In this document: positions 37,875 to 47,605 of the stretch, in pieces | How positions within the stretch are numbered: position 1 is the first letter of the stretch | Layout of the letters: each line of letters opens with the position of its first letter | Origin: a virus | Taxonomy: Duplodnaviria > Heunggongvirae > Uroviricota > Caudoviricetes | IMG/VR virus record: IMGVR_UViG_3300006204_000424 | Location: 22,382-86,381 of that record | DNA length: 64,000 nt | Strand: one strand, 5' to 3' | Made by a program: the position numbers and the translations under genes | Notes under the pieces: model-generated | Seen by the model: only the letters and a program-made list of their open reading frames with translations | Databases searched by the model: none | What the model was told of the DNA's origin: nothing

Positions 37875-38723
37875 TTATCCGTAAATTTTATGTTCCTGAA
37901 CAACGAAAGCATTTAATACATTTTGCAGAAGTGCCAAACGTGTCAGCAAACCAACCCCGCCTGGAACTGGCGTACAAAAACCTGTTACTTGTTTCACATC
38001 ATCATAATCTACATCTCCGCACATCTTACCATTATTATCAAAGTTAATCCCTACATCAATAACAACAGCATTTGGCTTCACATATCTCCGATCGATAAAT
38101 TTTGCTTTTCCAACAGCAACAACCAGAATATCTGCCATTGAAGTAATCTGCTCTAAATTATTTGTCTTACTATGGCAAACTGTCACAGTTGCATCATTAT
38201 CCAGTATTGTTTTTGCTAACGGTTTCCCAACCAGTTCACTTCTTCCGACAATAACACAGTGATACCCTGCAAAGTTTTCGCCATTCGGAGAAAGGTAACT
38301 CATAATTCCCTGCGCTGTACAAGGAGTGTGCTTGCTGTCTTTTCTGAATCCATCAACATCTTTTTCTTTTGGAATCAGATTTATGATATTATCCCAAACA
38401 TTTTCAAGATGACATGGTAACGGCTTCTGAATAATCACTCCATGTACATCATTCATATTTGAAATTTTAGCAACTTCATCTGAAAATTCTGTTTCGGAAA
38501 TACCCTCTTCATATTTTAAGTAAATTGTCCTAATCCCAACCTCATCACAATCCGAGATTTTCCCTTTTATGTACCTGTTAGATGCAGGGTTGTCCCCTAC
38601 TTGAATAATCGCAAGTGTTGGAATTTTTCTGTCAGCATAGTTTTCACAAATATCTTTACATATAGTCTTTTCCTTTTCAACAAATTCCTTTATATCCTCT
38701 TTACTGCAAAATAAATGTGACAT
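37875..38723 (-). CDS. folD: Bifunctional methylene-THF dehydrogenase / methenyl-THF cyclohydrolase (FolD)
   Basis: 282 aa. [30 protein letters not shown] and GGVGLLT motifs. Confidence 0.8.
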   Translation of the reverse strand: MSHLFCSKEDIKEFVEKEKTICKDICENYADRKIPTLAIIQVGDNPASNRYIKGKISDCDEVGIRTIYLKYEEGISETEFSDEVAKISNMNDVHGVIIQKPLPCHLENVWDNIINLIPKEKDVDGFRKDSKHTPCTAQGIMSYLSPNGENFAGYHCVIVGRSELVGKPLAKTILDNDATVTVCHSKTNNLEQITSMADILVVAVGKAKFIDRRYVKPNAVVIDVGINFDNNGKMCGDVDYDDVKQVTGFCTPVPGGVGLLTRLALLQNVLNAFVVQEHKIYG

Positions 38724-38907
38724 TATATCTCCTTTCGCATTATTTACTTGTAATCTGATGTAAAAATGGCAGTGCTATCGGTCTGCCAGTCCGTCTGATT
38801 GGTTACAGAGTGTCAGCGTATTGATATTATCTCACTGTTCCACAAAAGATTTTTATCTTTACCAAATTTAAAGGATTGACATTAAATAGCAATATATATA
38901 GATATGC

Positions 38908-39789
38908 TTACAATGGTTTATACTCACTTTTAGACGTTACAACTGCCGTGCCTGCCCCTTGAACCGTCACCCATCCATGCTCCATTCTAGCTTCCGCTTC
39001 TTTCATATCAATCAATTCTCTTGTAATGCTACCAGCGATTACCTTGTTTGCTTCGGCTTCAGCCTGTGCTTTTGTTAAAGTAATGTCAGCCTCGTTTTTT
39101 GCTTTAATCAGCGCAGTTTCGGCTTCAACCCTTGCTGTTTCCTGTTCCGCCTGAGCCTGTTGTTTCTTTTGCAAAGCTGTTACACGGTTATCAATAGTTT
39201 GCTGGAGTTGTGCGTCTGGATGTACGTCAATAATGCTTGCATCAATCACTTGGATACCATATGCGTCAGAGAATTCTTTTGCAAGATAATCTGTGATTTT
39301 GTTGTTAATTTCGCTACGGTTCCCAGAATAAATGTCCATCATGGAGTAATCTGTTGTTACCTCCGAAATTTTAGATTTCAAAACAGTTTTTACACGGTTA
39401 TTTACAATATCCTCACCACTCATACCTCGGAATTTCTTATATGTATCTACCAAATCTTCCTGAATGAATTTATAGGACATCTGGAAACTTACAGAAATGC
39501 TTGCATCGTCCGCAGTAGATACATTGAAACTCTCATCCGTTTCACTTCCATCCCGTTCGTCTTTAGAAAGAATCAGCTGCTCGTTGCTCACTGTAAACTC
39601 CTTTACCTTTACCGTAGGCGACACAATGTGCCAGCCTTGAGAAAGCACCTCATCTTTCACGCCGCCATTCATAGAATACTGCACGCCGTTATAGCCATTC
39701 GGAATACGCTCAGTACAAATTCCAACACACAAAATTGTGCAAATCAAAATCACTGCAAAACTTACACCACCAATTAACCCTTTTTTCAT
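38908..39789 (-). CDS. SPFH/Band-7 (prohibitin/HflK-like) membrane protein
   Basis: N-terminal TM helix. Ala/Glu/Gln-rich C-terminal helix QQAQAEQETARVEAETALIKAKNEADITLTKAQAEAEANK. Confidence 0.65.
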   Translation of the reverse strand: MKKGLIGGVSFAVILICTILCVGICTERIPNGYNGVQYSMNGGVKDEVLSQGWHIVSPTVKVKEFTVSNEQLILSKDERDGSETDESFNVSTADDASISVSFQMSYKFIQEDLVDTYKKFRGMSGEDIVNNRVKTVLKSKISEVTTDYSMMDIYSGNRSEINNKITDYLAKEFSDAYGIQVIDASIIDVHPDAQLQQTIDNRVTALQKKQQAQAEQETARVEAETALIKAKNEADITLTKAQAEAEANKVIAGSITRELIDMKEAEARMEHGWVTVQGAGTAVVTSKSEYKPL

Positions 39790-39953
39790 TTTTCATCTTC
39801 TCCTTCTTCTTTATTGTCTTCTTCGTTTAAAATTTCTCTTGTATCATCCATAATTCTGTAAAGCCATTTCCCAAATGGTTTGAACAAAATTGATAATCCA
39901 AACCAAATGATTATTGTAGCTAGAATTACAAGAAACCAAAATACTGGATTCAT
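39786..39953 (-). CDS. 55-aa single-TM micro-protein translationally coupled (ATGA) to the SPFH gene
   Basis: GGAGG RBS. MNPVFWFLVILATIIIWFGLSILF... Its TGA overlaps the SPFH ATG. Confidence 0.35.
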   Translation of the reverse strand: MNPVFWFLVILATIIIWFGLSILFKPFGKWLYRIMDDTREILNEEDNKEEGEDEK

Positions 39954-39956
39954 TCT

Positions 39957-40154
39957 TTAACCTCCTATTGCAATCAAAACAGGTTTTACAATCCACGAAT
40001 CGATCAAAATAATGCCTGTCCCAGATAAAATCATGATCATCATAATTCGTTTTATGTCCTTAAATTCCATACTGTTGCAATTGTATGTATCACAACTAAA
40101 TTGATATAATACGAGTGCGACAACAATCAAAATAATACCTAAAATACTTGCCAT
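39957..40154 (-). CDS. 65-aa two-TM micro-protein
   Basis: Hydrophobic ORF. Its stop lies 3 nt before the next micro-ORF start. Confidence 0.3.
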   Translation of the reverse strand: MASILGIILIVVALVLYQFSCDTYNCNSMEFKDIKRIMMIMILSGTGIILIDSWIVKPVLIAIGG

Positions 40155-40155
40155 T

Positions 40156-40533
40156 TTATCTACCTACCTTTAATAGAATATTTTTAATTTCAAAAAAATA
40201 CTGCCTTAAATGTTCCTCAAAATCCTCTTTTGTGATCCATTGCATACTATGCGGTATATCATTTATAGAATAGAAATAGTTTTTTTCGATGATATATGAA
40301 TTTTCACCATTACAATCCCTTTCAGTAGTAAATAGCCAACATCCAATACTTCTGGTTTTTTCGTTATATGTATCAAACATCAAATATTCAGCATCATCAC
40401 GTAAAACCATGTAATACTCGCCCTGGAGATTTATCAGATTTTCTCTGTTGATCTTATCTTTCAGCCTATTTTTTTCTTCTATATTTTTTTGTATTATTAT
40501 TTCTAATTCATCAAACCTTTCTTTATCATTCAT
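40156..40533 (-). CDS. Hypothetical protein
   Basis: 125-aa ORF in the operon. No recognised domain. Confidence 0.35.
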   Translation of the reverse strand: MNDKERFDELEIIIQKNIEEKNRLKDKINRENLINLQGEYYMVLRDDAEYLMFDTYNEKTRSIGCWLFTTERDCNGENSYIIEKNYFYSINDIPHSMQWITKEDFEEHLRQYFFEIKNILLKVGR

Positions 40534-40562
40534 ATAACATCACCTCTCTGGTGGGCAGGTTT

Positions 40563-41108
40563 TTACCCCTGCCTATACAAAATAATCTTTCCGTATTTCA
40601 AAGTTTTTTGAACGTCTATAACACGTTGGTTTGTACTGCCAGCATATGGATAATTTATATCTGCCAAATGTTTTACGAATTTTCCATCTACTAAAACATC
40701 TATATGGCGCAACAAATCATTTCCAATATTTCTTGTCACATTGAAGTCATCTGTCGTTACGCTTCCTTCGTGAATATATATTTGTTCAAAAGTATATCCC
40801 GAGTAAATCCAGATTGTTTTATTCGGAAATTGTGTTTTGATTTCTCTACACAAGTTATACACTGTCAAAATATTATCCGGATGTAATGGGTCGCCGCCAG
40901 AAATGGTAAGTCCGCTAATATAATCGTGTTTCATTTCGTTTATGATTTCTGTCTTAGCATCAATATCAAATTCTATTCCGCTACTTGGGTCGTGCGTTTG
41001 CGGGTTATGGCATCCATCGCAATGATTGCTACAACCAGAAACAAATAATACCACACGCAGCCCGCTGCCATTTCTCATATCATCATGAAGAATGTCATGA
41101 TAATTCAT
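40563..41108 (-). CDS. nrdG: Anaerobic ribonucleotide reductase activating protein (radical SAM), NrdG
   Basis: CSNHCDGC (CxxxCxxC) cluster. 181 aa. ATGA overlap with nrdD exon 2. Confidence 0.8.
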   Translation of the reverse strand: MNYHDILHDDMRNGSGLRVVLFVSGCSNHCDGCHNPQTHDPSSGIEFDIDAKTEIINEMKHDYISGLTISGGDPLHPDNILTVYNLCREIKTQFPNKTIWIYSGYTFEQIYIHEGSVTTDDFNVTRNIGNDLLRHIDVLVDGKFVKHLADINYPYAGSTNQRVIDVQKTLKYGKIILYRQG

Positions 41109-41572
41109 TACATGCTCACCCGCTCTTTCAGTTCTGCGTTTTTTGCAGCATTATATCTAGTGTCACCATGGACTCTCGTGTACCCAAGGTATCCGTTCAT
41201 CCTGTCAATTTTAGTGATCAAGCTGCTCCCGCATTTAGGGCAAACGTCCATTTCCAATTCTTCGTATCCGCATTCTTCACAGTATGCCAGAGAAAGGTTG
41301 ATACCTTCATAAAAACCCATATCCATAGCTCTTCTTACAAGTGTTCGGATTGCCTCTTTGTTATAATTTATAGGGTATCTACAATATTGGATTTTTCCGC
41401 CATTAAACAAATTCCAGAAACGCCCCTCAAGATTTTGTTTTTCAATCGGTGTAATATCTTCCCAAACACCACAATGAAAAGAGTTACTTACATATGGTCT
41501 ATCAGAAACACCTTCAATAATGCCATATTTTTTACGAAATTGCTCTATTTGCAATCCACATAAGGATTCTGC
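41108..41572 (-). CDS. nrdD: nrdD exon 2 (C-terminal glycyl-radical / Zn-ribbon part of anaerobic RNR)
   Basis: AESLCG..VSNSFH..CEECGYEELEMDVCPKCGS..RMNGYLGYTRV (glycyl-radical RxxGY) pattern. Frame open without ATG back to 41572. The preceding nucleotide is the intron omega-G. Confidence 0.6.
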   Translation of the reverse strand, partial: AESLCGLQIEQFRKKYGIIEGVSDRPYVSNSFHCGVWEDITPIEKQNLEGRFWNLFNGGKIQYCRYPINYNKEAIRTLVRRAMDMGFYEGINLSLAYCEECGYEELEMDVCPKCGSSLITKIDRMNGYLGYTRVHGDTRYNAAKNAELKERVSM

Positions 41573-42676
41573 CGTTATACCCTCGGTTTCCCGATATTTA
41601 TTAGGGGACTAGACTATATTATGTTCTCTATAATAGAGAACCCTCATCTTTCGATTTAAACTGGACTTAATCGGAACATTGCCAGTACCTAACATCTAGG
41701 CTCTACTCTACTCGCTTCGTGTAAATTTCACCTTATTCTATTATTTTTATAATAGTGCTTTCGATAGTCGTTAGAAATCATTGACTGTTTGCTATTTTCA
41801 TTATTTATAGATTTATACAGAAAACTTCAAATTTTTTGTTCCTGTAAATTTCAAATATTCTTCTTTAGATATACTTTTAAAATAATAACCTTTTCTTCCT
41901 TTTGTGTTTTTGTCAATCATTTTTGCAATATTATTTTTACTATAACCTTCAATGCATCTTGCGGCTTGGCTAATAGAACCATACATTGAAACAAAATTAT
42001 CATTATTTTTATATACAGATACTGGTTTAGATTGACTATCAGATATACCTATATCATTCTTAGCCAATTGATCATCAAATGCCTTTTTGGTATTTTCGCT
42101 TGTATTAGTCCAATATAGATTGCTTAAATCAAAATTTGATTTATCATTATCTTTATGCCCAACTATGTCATACTCATTTGGTTTTGGATTACTAATAAAA
42201 GCTTGAGCTAAAAGTCTATGTAATCTTCTACTCCTATTTTTTCCATCCTTACATGTTATTCCAATATAAACATATCCGTTATGTTTATTTATATTGAATT
42301 TTTTAGGATAAAACCAGTCTTCACCATAATCTTTATATACTTTTCCTGAAGGGGTAATATAATCAGTATTACTTTCTTCAATCAAAATCATTTTTTCTTG
42401 TATATCTTCTTTTTTTATTAAGTTTTTTAATAGTTTTCTTCTTGCTATGCAACATCACCTTCCATTTTGATTTTGTTTATAGCAAACAGTCAACAACTTA
42501 CGGTATTATCTCTATCCTATAAGTTAATATAGGACTTTAGAATCTCTTACCAGCCTGCTTCGTCTTTTTTATATTGCTATCTGCATCTGCCTTGAGCAAT
42601 AGTCTTATTCTGGCTATGACCGTTTAATGAGGTGTTTTCGACTTAATATCACTATTAAGCTGCCCACTTATGTTTA
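41573..42676 (-). mobile_element. Group I intron (about 1.1 kb) interrupting nrdD and carrying an HNH homing endonuclease ORF
   Basis: The 5' exon ends in U (cct|). The intron ends in G (taacG|gca). Exon frames join to give ...IYGTP|AESLCG... Internal free-standing HNH ORF. Confidence 0.55.
41813..42391 (-). CDS. HNH-family homing endonuclease (intron-encoded)
   Basis: NRSRRLHRLLAQAFISNP and GHKDNDKSN segments typical of phage HNH_3 / AP2-type homing endonucleases. Confidence 0.65.
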   Translation of the reverse strand: MILIEESNTDYITPSGKVYKDYGEDWFYPKKFNINKHNGYVYIGITCKDGKNRSRRLHRLLAQAFISNPKPNEYDIVGHKDNDKSNFDLSNLYWTNTSENTKKAFDDQLAKNDIGISDSQSKPVSVYKNNDNFVSMYGSISQAARCIEGYSKNNIAKMIDKNTKGRKGYYFKSISKEEYLKFTGTKNLKFSV

Positions 42677-44358
42677 GGCGTTCCATAAATTGCATAAAGA
42701 ATACCATCTTCTTCTTTAAATTCACTCACACGTTGATTAATATACTCCATAACCTCAATAGCAAACCCACCATCTTCTACAATTGATTTGCCATTATAAA
42801 GCTCTTGTAGCTCATTTAATGCTGTAATACCAAAGCTCATTGTCATAGGTTTCAAAATAGGTTTAATTTTATCATTTGGTTGCAAATAACCTCCATAAAA
42901 TCCACCCATACAATATGCCAAAGGATTAGTGGATGCTTTCTTTTCGCCAAGATATTCATAAGTCTTGATATGGAGTTTCCTGATCAATTCAAGATAAAAA
43001 TCAAGAACTTCATAAAAATCTTTATTCTCTTGCTTTGCTTTTGCCAAAATCATAGGTAAATGAAGGCTGATAGCACCAAGGTTAAAGCGGCCTTCAAAAA
43101 CAGGCATATCATTTTCATCCGCTGGATACATTCCTCCGCGCTCATACCATGGAGAAAGCGATGCCCTGCAGCCCATCAGCGATACAACCTTCCCATACTT
43201 TTTATACATAGAAGGGATATATCCTTCTCCAGTCAAAGAAAGAAAATCTGGATACATTGCTTTGCTGGAACAATCTATTGCTGTTTCAAACAGGCTTTCC
43301 AATTTCTTACCTTTTCCATGTAAATTTTCATCATACAAAAACGTCAGCTTAGGGAACAATACCACTTTTCTAAATCCATCTTTTCCTTGCCCATTCATTC
43401 TTGTTTTCAATACCACTTCGCTTGCCATTACACCCCATCTTGAGGTATCAATACCAAAACTAATGGAAGTAAATGGGTAATCTCCTCTGGAACTTCCGAC
43501 AGTGTTAAACCTCATCTCCCAAGATTGGAAGCCCTGCTCAAAATCACGTTTAACCTTCTTTGCCGCATATTCATCCGCTTTATCAAGGAAATGATTTTGT
43601 GATAACCCTTCTGTAAATCCGTCCGTAATCTCAAGATATTCTTTTTTATATTTTTCATAGGATTTTTCTGCATAAGGAGCAAGAAGGCTATCAACTCTTG
43701 GAATAGTAAAACCACCATATTGGCAGGCGGCTGCACTGATCGCAACATCACTGATCACATCAAATGCAACATCTAGTGTTTTAGGTTCGTTATACCACAC
43801 ATTACCCATCTCAAAACCACCGGCCAGCACCTCATCCATTCGGAACAAGCAGCAATTGACCGTATCGCGTCTTGCCGACATATCATGAATATAAATGTAT
43901 CCATCCCGACAAGCCTGAAGTTCTTCTGTATTTAAAAAGAATTTTTTATAAAGTTCCTTGTTTAACTCATTATAAATCAGGCTGCGCTGTGTCGGAACCA
44001 ATGCACTATCGCTGTTTGCATTATCTTTATCTCCAATGTACATAATAGACTGTGCTTTCTTATAAACTTCGTCCAGCATCTTTACAAAATCCTGTTTATA
44101 GTTTCTGTAATTACGGTAACTTGTCGCAACAGATGGATTTACTTTTTCCAATGCTGTTTCTACTGCATAATGCATTGTTGAAATTGGTACATCCTCTATT
44201 CCCAAATGTGTGATAATACTCAAAACATTTTCACAGATCTGTTCATCATCTTCTGTCGAAAGTCTAACCATTGCTCTCTCGGCAGATTTGCCCACAGCTA
44301 CAATAATTTTTTGCTTATTAAATTTTTCTTTTGTTCCATCCTTCTTTATTACGTTCAA
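42677..44358 (-). CDS. nrdD: nrdD exon 1 (anaerobic ribonucleoside-triphosphate reductase, N-terminal and core part)
   Basis: 561 codons to ...AIYGTP. The ORF-track frame runs 6 codons into the intron (KHKWAA*). Confidence 0.7.
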
Positions 44359-44810
44359 TTACATTCCTCCAAACATGTGATTTTTCCATATATTTTCTGA
44401 ATATCGCTCTTTAAGCATTTGTATGAATTATCATTTATATTCAACAATCCACAATCATAACATTTTCTTTGTATTTTATTTTGTCCGAAACAATTTTCAC
44501 TCATGATTTGATAATAAATATTGTGATTTTTGCAGTATGCGATTTCAGACATACATCCTATACTAAACTGATAATCTCCAAATACCCACATTTCATCGCA
44601 TTTTTCTAGCAGCCATAAACACATATTTAAACCTTTTTGATATGAAACATCATGATAAGCAAATGAGAAGGAATGGATCGGAGATATGAATAGAAAATCA
44701 GGAAACGTTTTTTGCAATTTTACAATAAGCCTTCCTATTATTCTTTGATTATTTTCATCTCCACCAAAAGGGTGAGAAATATAGATTATACTTTTGTACT
44801 TCATAACCAC
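44355..44810 (-). CDS. Nucleoside 2-deoxyribosyltransferase-like (DUF4406-like) protein
   Basis: YISHPFGG...MWVFGDYQFSIGCMSEIAYC resembles the NDT-fold pattern. Low certainty. Confidence 0.35.
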   Translation of the reverse strand: MVMKYKSIIYISHPFGGDENNQRIIGRLIVKLQKTFPDFLFISPIHSFSFAYHDVSYQKGLNMCLWLLEKCDEMWVFGDYQFSIGCMSEIAYCKNHNIYYQIMSENCFGQNKIQRKCYDCGLLNINDNSYKCLKSDIQKIYGKITCLEECN

Positions 44811-45325
44811 CTCATTTTGTAATAAATATGTGCTGCCATTTTAGCGACTGTATTACGTTCCATAACGAAAATATCGGGCTGCTTTTCGAAACCTGAAAAT
44901 TCTTTTCTGTCATAGAAAATACGCCTAAGCGAATCAATAAATCCATCGCCACGCTTTACCATTCGATATAATCTGACAATCCAATTCACTTTTAAATATA
45001 TTACTTTATATTGTTTTTCGCCATTGTAGTGATTTTGAAATGATTTTACTCCGCAGGGATCAATCACATAGACATCTGCTTCGTCACACTGCTCTTTTGT
45101 TGCACAATAATAATTGCCATGGTAATATGTTGTCGCAACCTTATTTTTCAGCATAACATAATCTTCATACGAAATAAAAACATGACCTTTTTCATTCTCT
45201 GTTCTTGGAGGACGTGTTGTGTAGCTTTCCAGCATCTTCATACCGTAATGTTTCTCAAGATACGTTGACAAATATGTCTTTCCCGATCCCGATTTACCTA
45301 CAAGCAAAATCAATGGTTTAGCCAT
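44801..45325 (-). CDS. Guanylate-kinase-like (d)NMP kinase
   Basis: P-loop GKSGSGKT and YTTRPPR motif. Confidence 0.65.
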   Translation of the reverse strand: MAKPLILLVGKSGSGKTYLSTYLEKHYGMKMLESYTTRPPRTENEKGHVFISYEDYVMLKNKVATTYYHGNYYCATKEQCDEADVYVIDPCGVKSFQNHYNGEKQYKVIYLKVNWIVRLYRMVKRGDGFIDSLRRIFYDRKEFSGFEKQPDIFVMERNTVAKMAAHIYYKMRWL

Positions 45326-45971
45326 ATATTGCCTTCATCCTTTCATAAAAATCCTCATTATATAGGGCATACCGTTCCTGAATATTTAAAAGATTCTCTT
45401 TCTGATATTTTTGTACAAATGCAGACCAAAAACCACATTCTTTAAATTCTGGACAACCACATCTATAAATACAATGCGGCACTAATACATCAGCCTCAAA
45501 CGGGTTTGTCTTATGTAATGTGTATTTGAAGTTCTCACCATACGATCTTGCTTCTGGTGTTGCTGCATTACACAACCTCTTACGCCATGCATCAATAAGA
45601 TTTTGCATATTGGCGTATCCATCAAAGGAAACAGGTGCCTCCTGTAGTTTTTCTCCTCTTGGAACAACATCTTTTAATCTGTCATTTCTTTGTGTGCTGA
45701 TAAATTTTTCAAACTTATGCCTCGACCACTCAGTAGAAACCCAATACGGTATAGACTTCCATGTCCAGTCAAACTCTATCAGACGGATTGGAGAATGTTC
45801 TGAAATCAATAGCTGCCATTTGAATGCATCCGTTGCATTATTTTCAGTAAAATCTTTATTATCCGTTGTCCTGCAATGGTTTTTTACCCTTTTCCAATCA
45901 TCTGCAATCCAGTTAAATACTGTTACAATATTTGTTTTCTGCATTTTAACCTCCTTTATCTTACTATCCAT
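45318..45971 (-). CDS. ThyX-like (flavin-dependent thymidylate synthase family) protein, divergent
   Basis: EHSPIRLIEFDWTW...STEWSRHKFEKFISTQRNDR aligns with the ThyX HGSPFEH..FTFEI...RHRxxSxxxxSQRY core. 217 aa. Confidence 0.45.
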   Translation of the reverse strand: MDSKIKEVKMQKTNIVTVFNWIADDWKRVKNHCRTTDNKDFTENNATDAFKWQLLISEHSPIRLIEFDWTWKSIPYWVSTEWSRHKFEKFISTQRNDRLKDVVPRGEKLQEAPVSFDGYANMQNLIDAWRKRLCNAATPEARSYGENFKYTLHKTNPFEADVLVPHCIYRCGCPEFKECGFWSAFVQKYQKENLLNIQERYALYNEDFYERMKAIYG

Positions 45972-46390
45972 ACATCAACATTTTTCTGTCTGCCAAGCTG
46001 AAACGCTTCAGAAGTTTTTTCTACAAATACATCAATCTTGTTTCCTTTTATAGCACCTCCAGTATCCTCTGCGTATCTTACTCCAAAACCATCTATTTCA
46101 ATCATTGTTCCATATGGAATTAAAGATGGGTCAACCGCTACTGTTCTCCCAACAACAGGCATTACTCCTGTTGCTGTTGGTGAATAGGGAAATTGTTCTT
46201 TAGAATAGAATGTTAATTCAAACTTTCCGATATGTTCTTTTTCAATTTGCGATACAGCTTCTTCTGCATCGTAATTGGAAATTGTTACATATCCATCAAA
46301 TGTTTGCGCAAAATCAATTCCTGTTCCTGCACATAATACATTTGATGTTAAAATTGCCGAAAAAATAATTGTTGTTAAAATGATAAATAT
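45956..46390 (-). CDS. Secreted 3D-domain protein with no canonical start codon
   Basis: 3D-domain motif VAVDPSLIPYGT...EDTGGAIKGNKIDVFV. Upstream in-frame signal peptide ILTTIIFSAILTSNVLCAG after AGGAAGGAGAG, but only ATA/ATT/ATC codons are available as starts. Confidence 0.45.
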   Translation of the reverse strand: MFIILTTIIFSAILTSNVLCAGTGIDFAQTFDGYVTISNYDAEEAVSQIEKEHIGKFELTFYSKEQFPYSPTATGVMPVVGRTVAVDPSLIPYGTMIEIDGFGVRYAEDTGGAIKGNKIDVFVEKTSEAFQLGRQKNVDVWIVR

Positions 46391-46413
46391 ATCTCTCCTT
46401 CCTGTATAAACTT

Positions 46414-46608
46414 CTATCTTTGCTTTATATCACCTTCTTTAGTTTCGTTATTTCGTATATTGTATTTGGTTTCTAACATATATACCCTTTTCTTCAAAGA
46501 ACAAATTTCTGAAATAAATCTTCTTATCCAAGTACAAGCAAAGCATCCAAGGCCACACCACAAAATAATATCCACCCAAATAGGGATAAAAGATTGCATA
46601 CCAATCAT
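46414..46608 (-). CDS. Small membrane protein
   Basis: 64-aa hydrophobic ORF. Confidence 0.3.
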   Translation of the reverse strand: MIGMQSFIPIWVDIILWCGLGCFACTWIRRFISEICSLKKRVYMLETKYNIRNNETKEGDIKQR

Positions 46609-46645
46609 ATGTTATTCACACCCTTATTATAAACTTGTCTAATTA

Positions 46646-46834
46646 TCATTTAACTGCATTCGCTTGTTCAACAATCCATTTATACAGATTACAGCAACAG
46701 GGAATATGTAAGTTTTCTTTTTCATTTCTTGTGCGTTTCTCGTACCCATATATCTCCACAGGACAATTATCGCATTCAGTTAAACAACAAAATTGAATTG
46801 CTAATTCTTTAAGAGTTCGAATCGGTCTTTCCAT
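46646..46834 (-). CDS. Small Cys-rich protein
   Basis: CCLTECDNCP...PCCCN in 62 aa. Confidence 0.3.
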   Translation of the reverse strand: MERPIRTLKELAIQFCCLTECDNCPVEIYGYEKRTRNEKENLHIPCCCNLYKWIVEQANAVK

Positions 46835-47549
46835 ATGTTTCTACCTCTTTCAATCTATCCACAGTAATTTTCACAGCTTTTTCGTTGATATCACATCCTA
46901 TGTATTGTCTCCCCAATTCTTTAGCAACTACGCAGGTAGTACCTGAACCGCAGAAAAAATCTGCAACAATACCATTTGCAGGACAGCTTGAGTCGATTAT
47001 TTTATACAATAATTCTTTTGGTTTTTGTGTTGAATAACCAACCCTCTCCGTTTTATCATTTTGCCCTAATATATTTATTCTCCATACATCATCCATTATT
47101 TTTCCGCGACTATCGTAATATTTCTCTTTTTCATATCCTCGCGGAGCTGTTTTAGAATATTCTTGCCTAATATATTGGCTATTTTCATTGAAATAATAAT
47201 TATCCGATTTGCTGTATCGAAAAATTGTGTCGTGTCTCTTCCCGAAGTCTTTCTTTTTTCTTGGCGCAGAATTATACCACCAAATTATTTCATTTCTGAA
47301 ATTGGCTTCGCCAAAAATTTTATCAAGTGCTATTTTTATATAATGTGACAAATTGCAATCACAATGTATATACAATAAGCCAGTAGGTTTCAATACTCTT
47401 TTCATTTCAAACAATCTTGGGGAATACCATTGAACCGCTTCTGATATGCTTCCTAAATTATCAATAAAATCATCATATTTTTTGCCTGTATTATATAAAA
47501 TGTCATTGTAGATAAGATCTATGCTTTCATCCTCTAACTTCTGCAGCAA
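46809..47549 (-). CDS. DNA methyltransferase (N6-A/N4-C family, beta class)
   Basis: Motif IV-like DLIYNDILYN precedes motif I ADFFCGSGTTCVVAKELGR. Confidence 0.65.
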   Translation of the reverse strand: MLQKLEDESIDLIYNDILYNTGKKYDDFIDNLGSISEAVQWYSPRLFEMKRVLKPTGLLYIHCDCNLSHYIKIALDKIFGEANFRNEIIWWYNSAPRKKKDFGKRHDTIFRYSKSDNYYFNENSQYIRQEYSKTAPRGYEKEKYYDSRGKIMDDVWRINILGQNDKTERVGYSTQKPKELLYKIIDSSCPANGIVADFFCGSGTTCVVAKELGRQYIGCDINEKAVKITVDRLKEVETYGKTDSNS

Positions 47550-47605
47550 ATCTAAATTGTCAGTTTTATATATAGTATTTACTTTTATTTTTTTACCCCC
47601 CTTAT

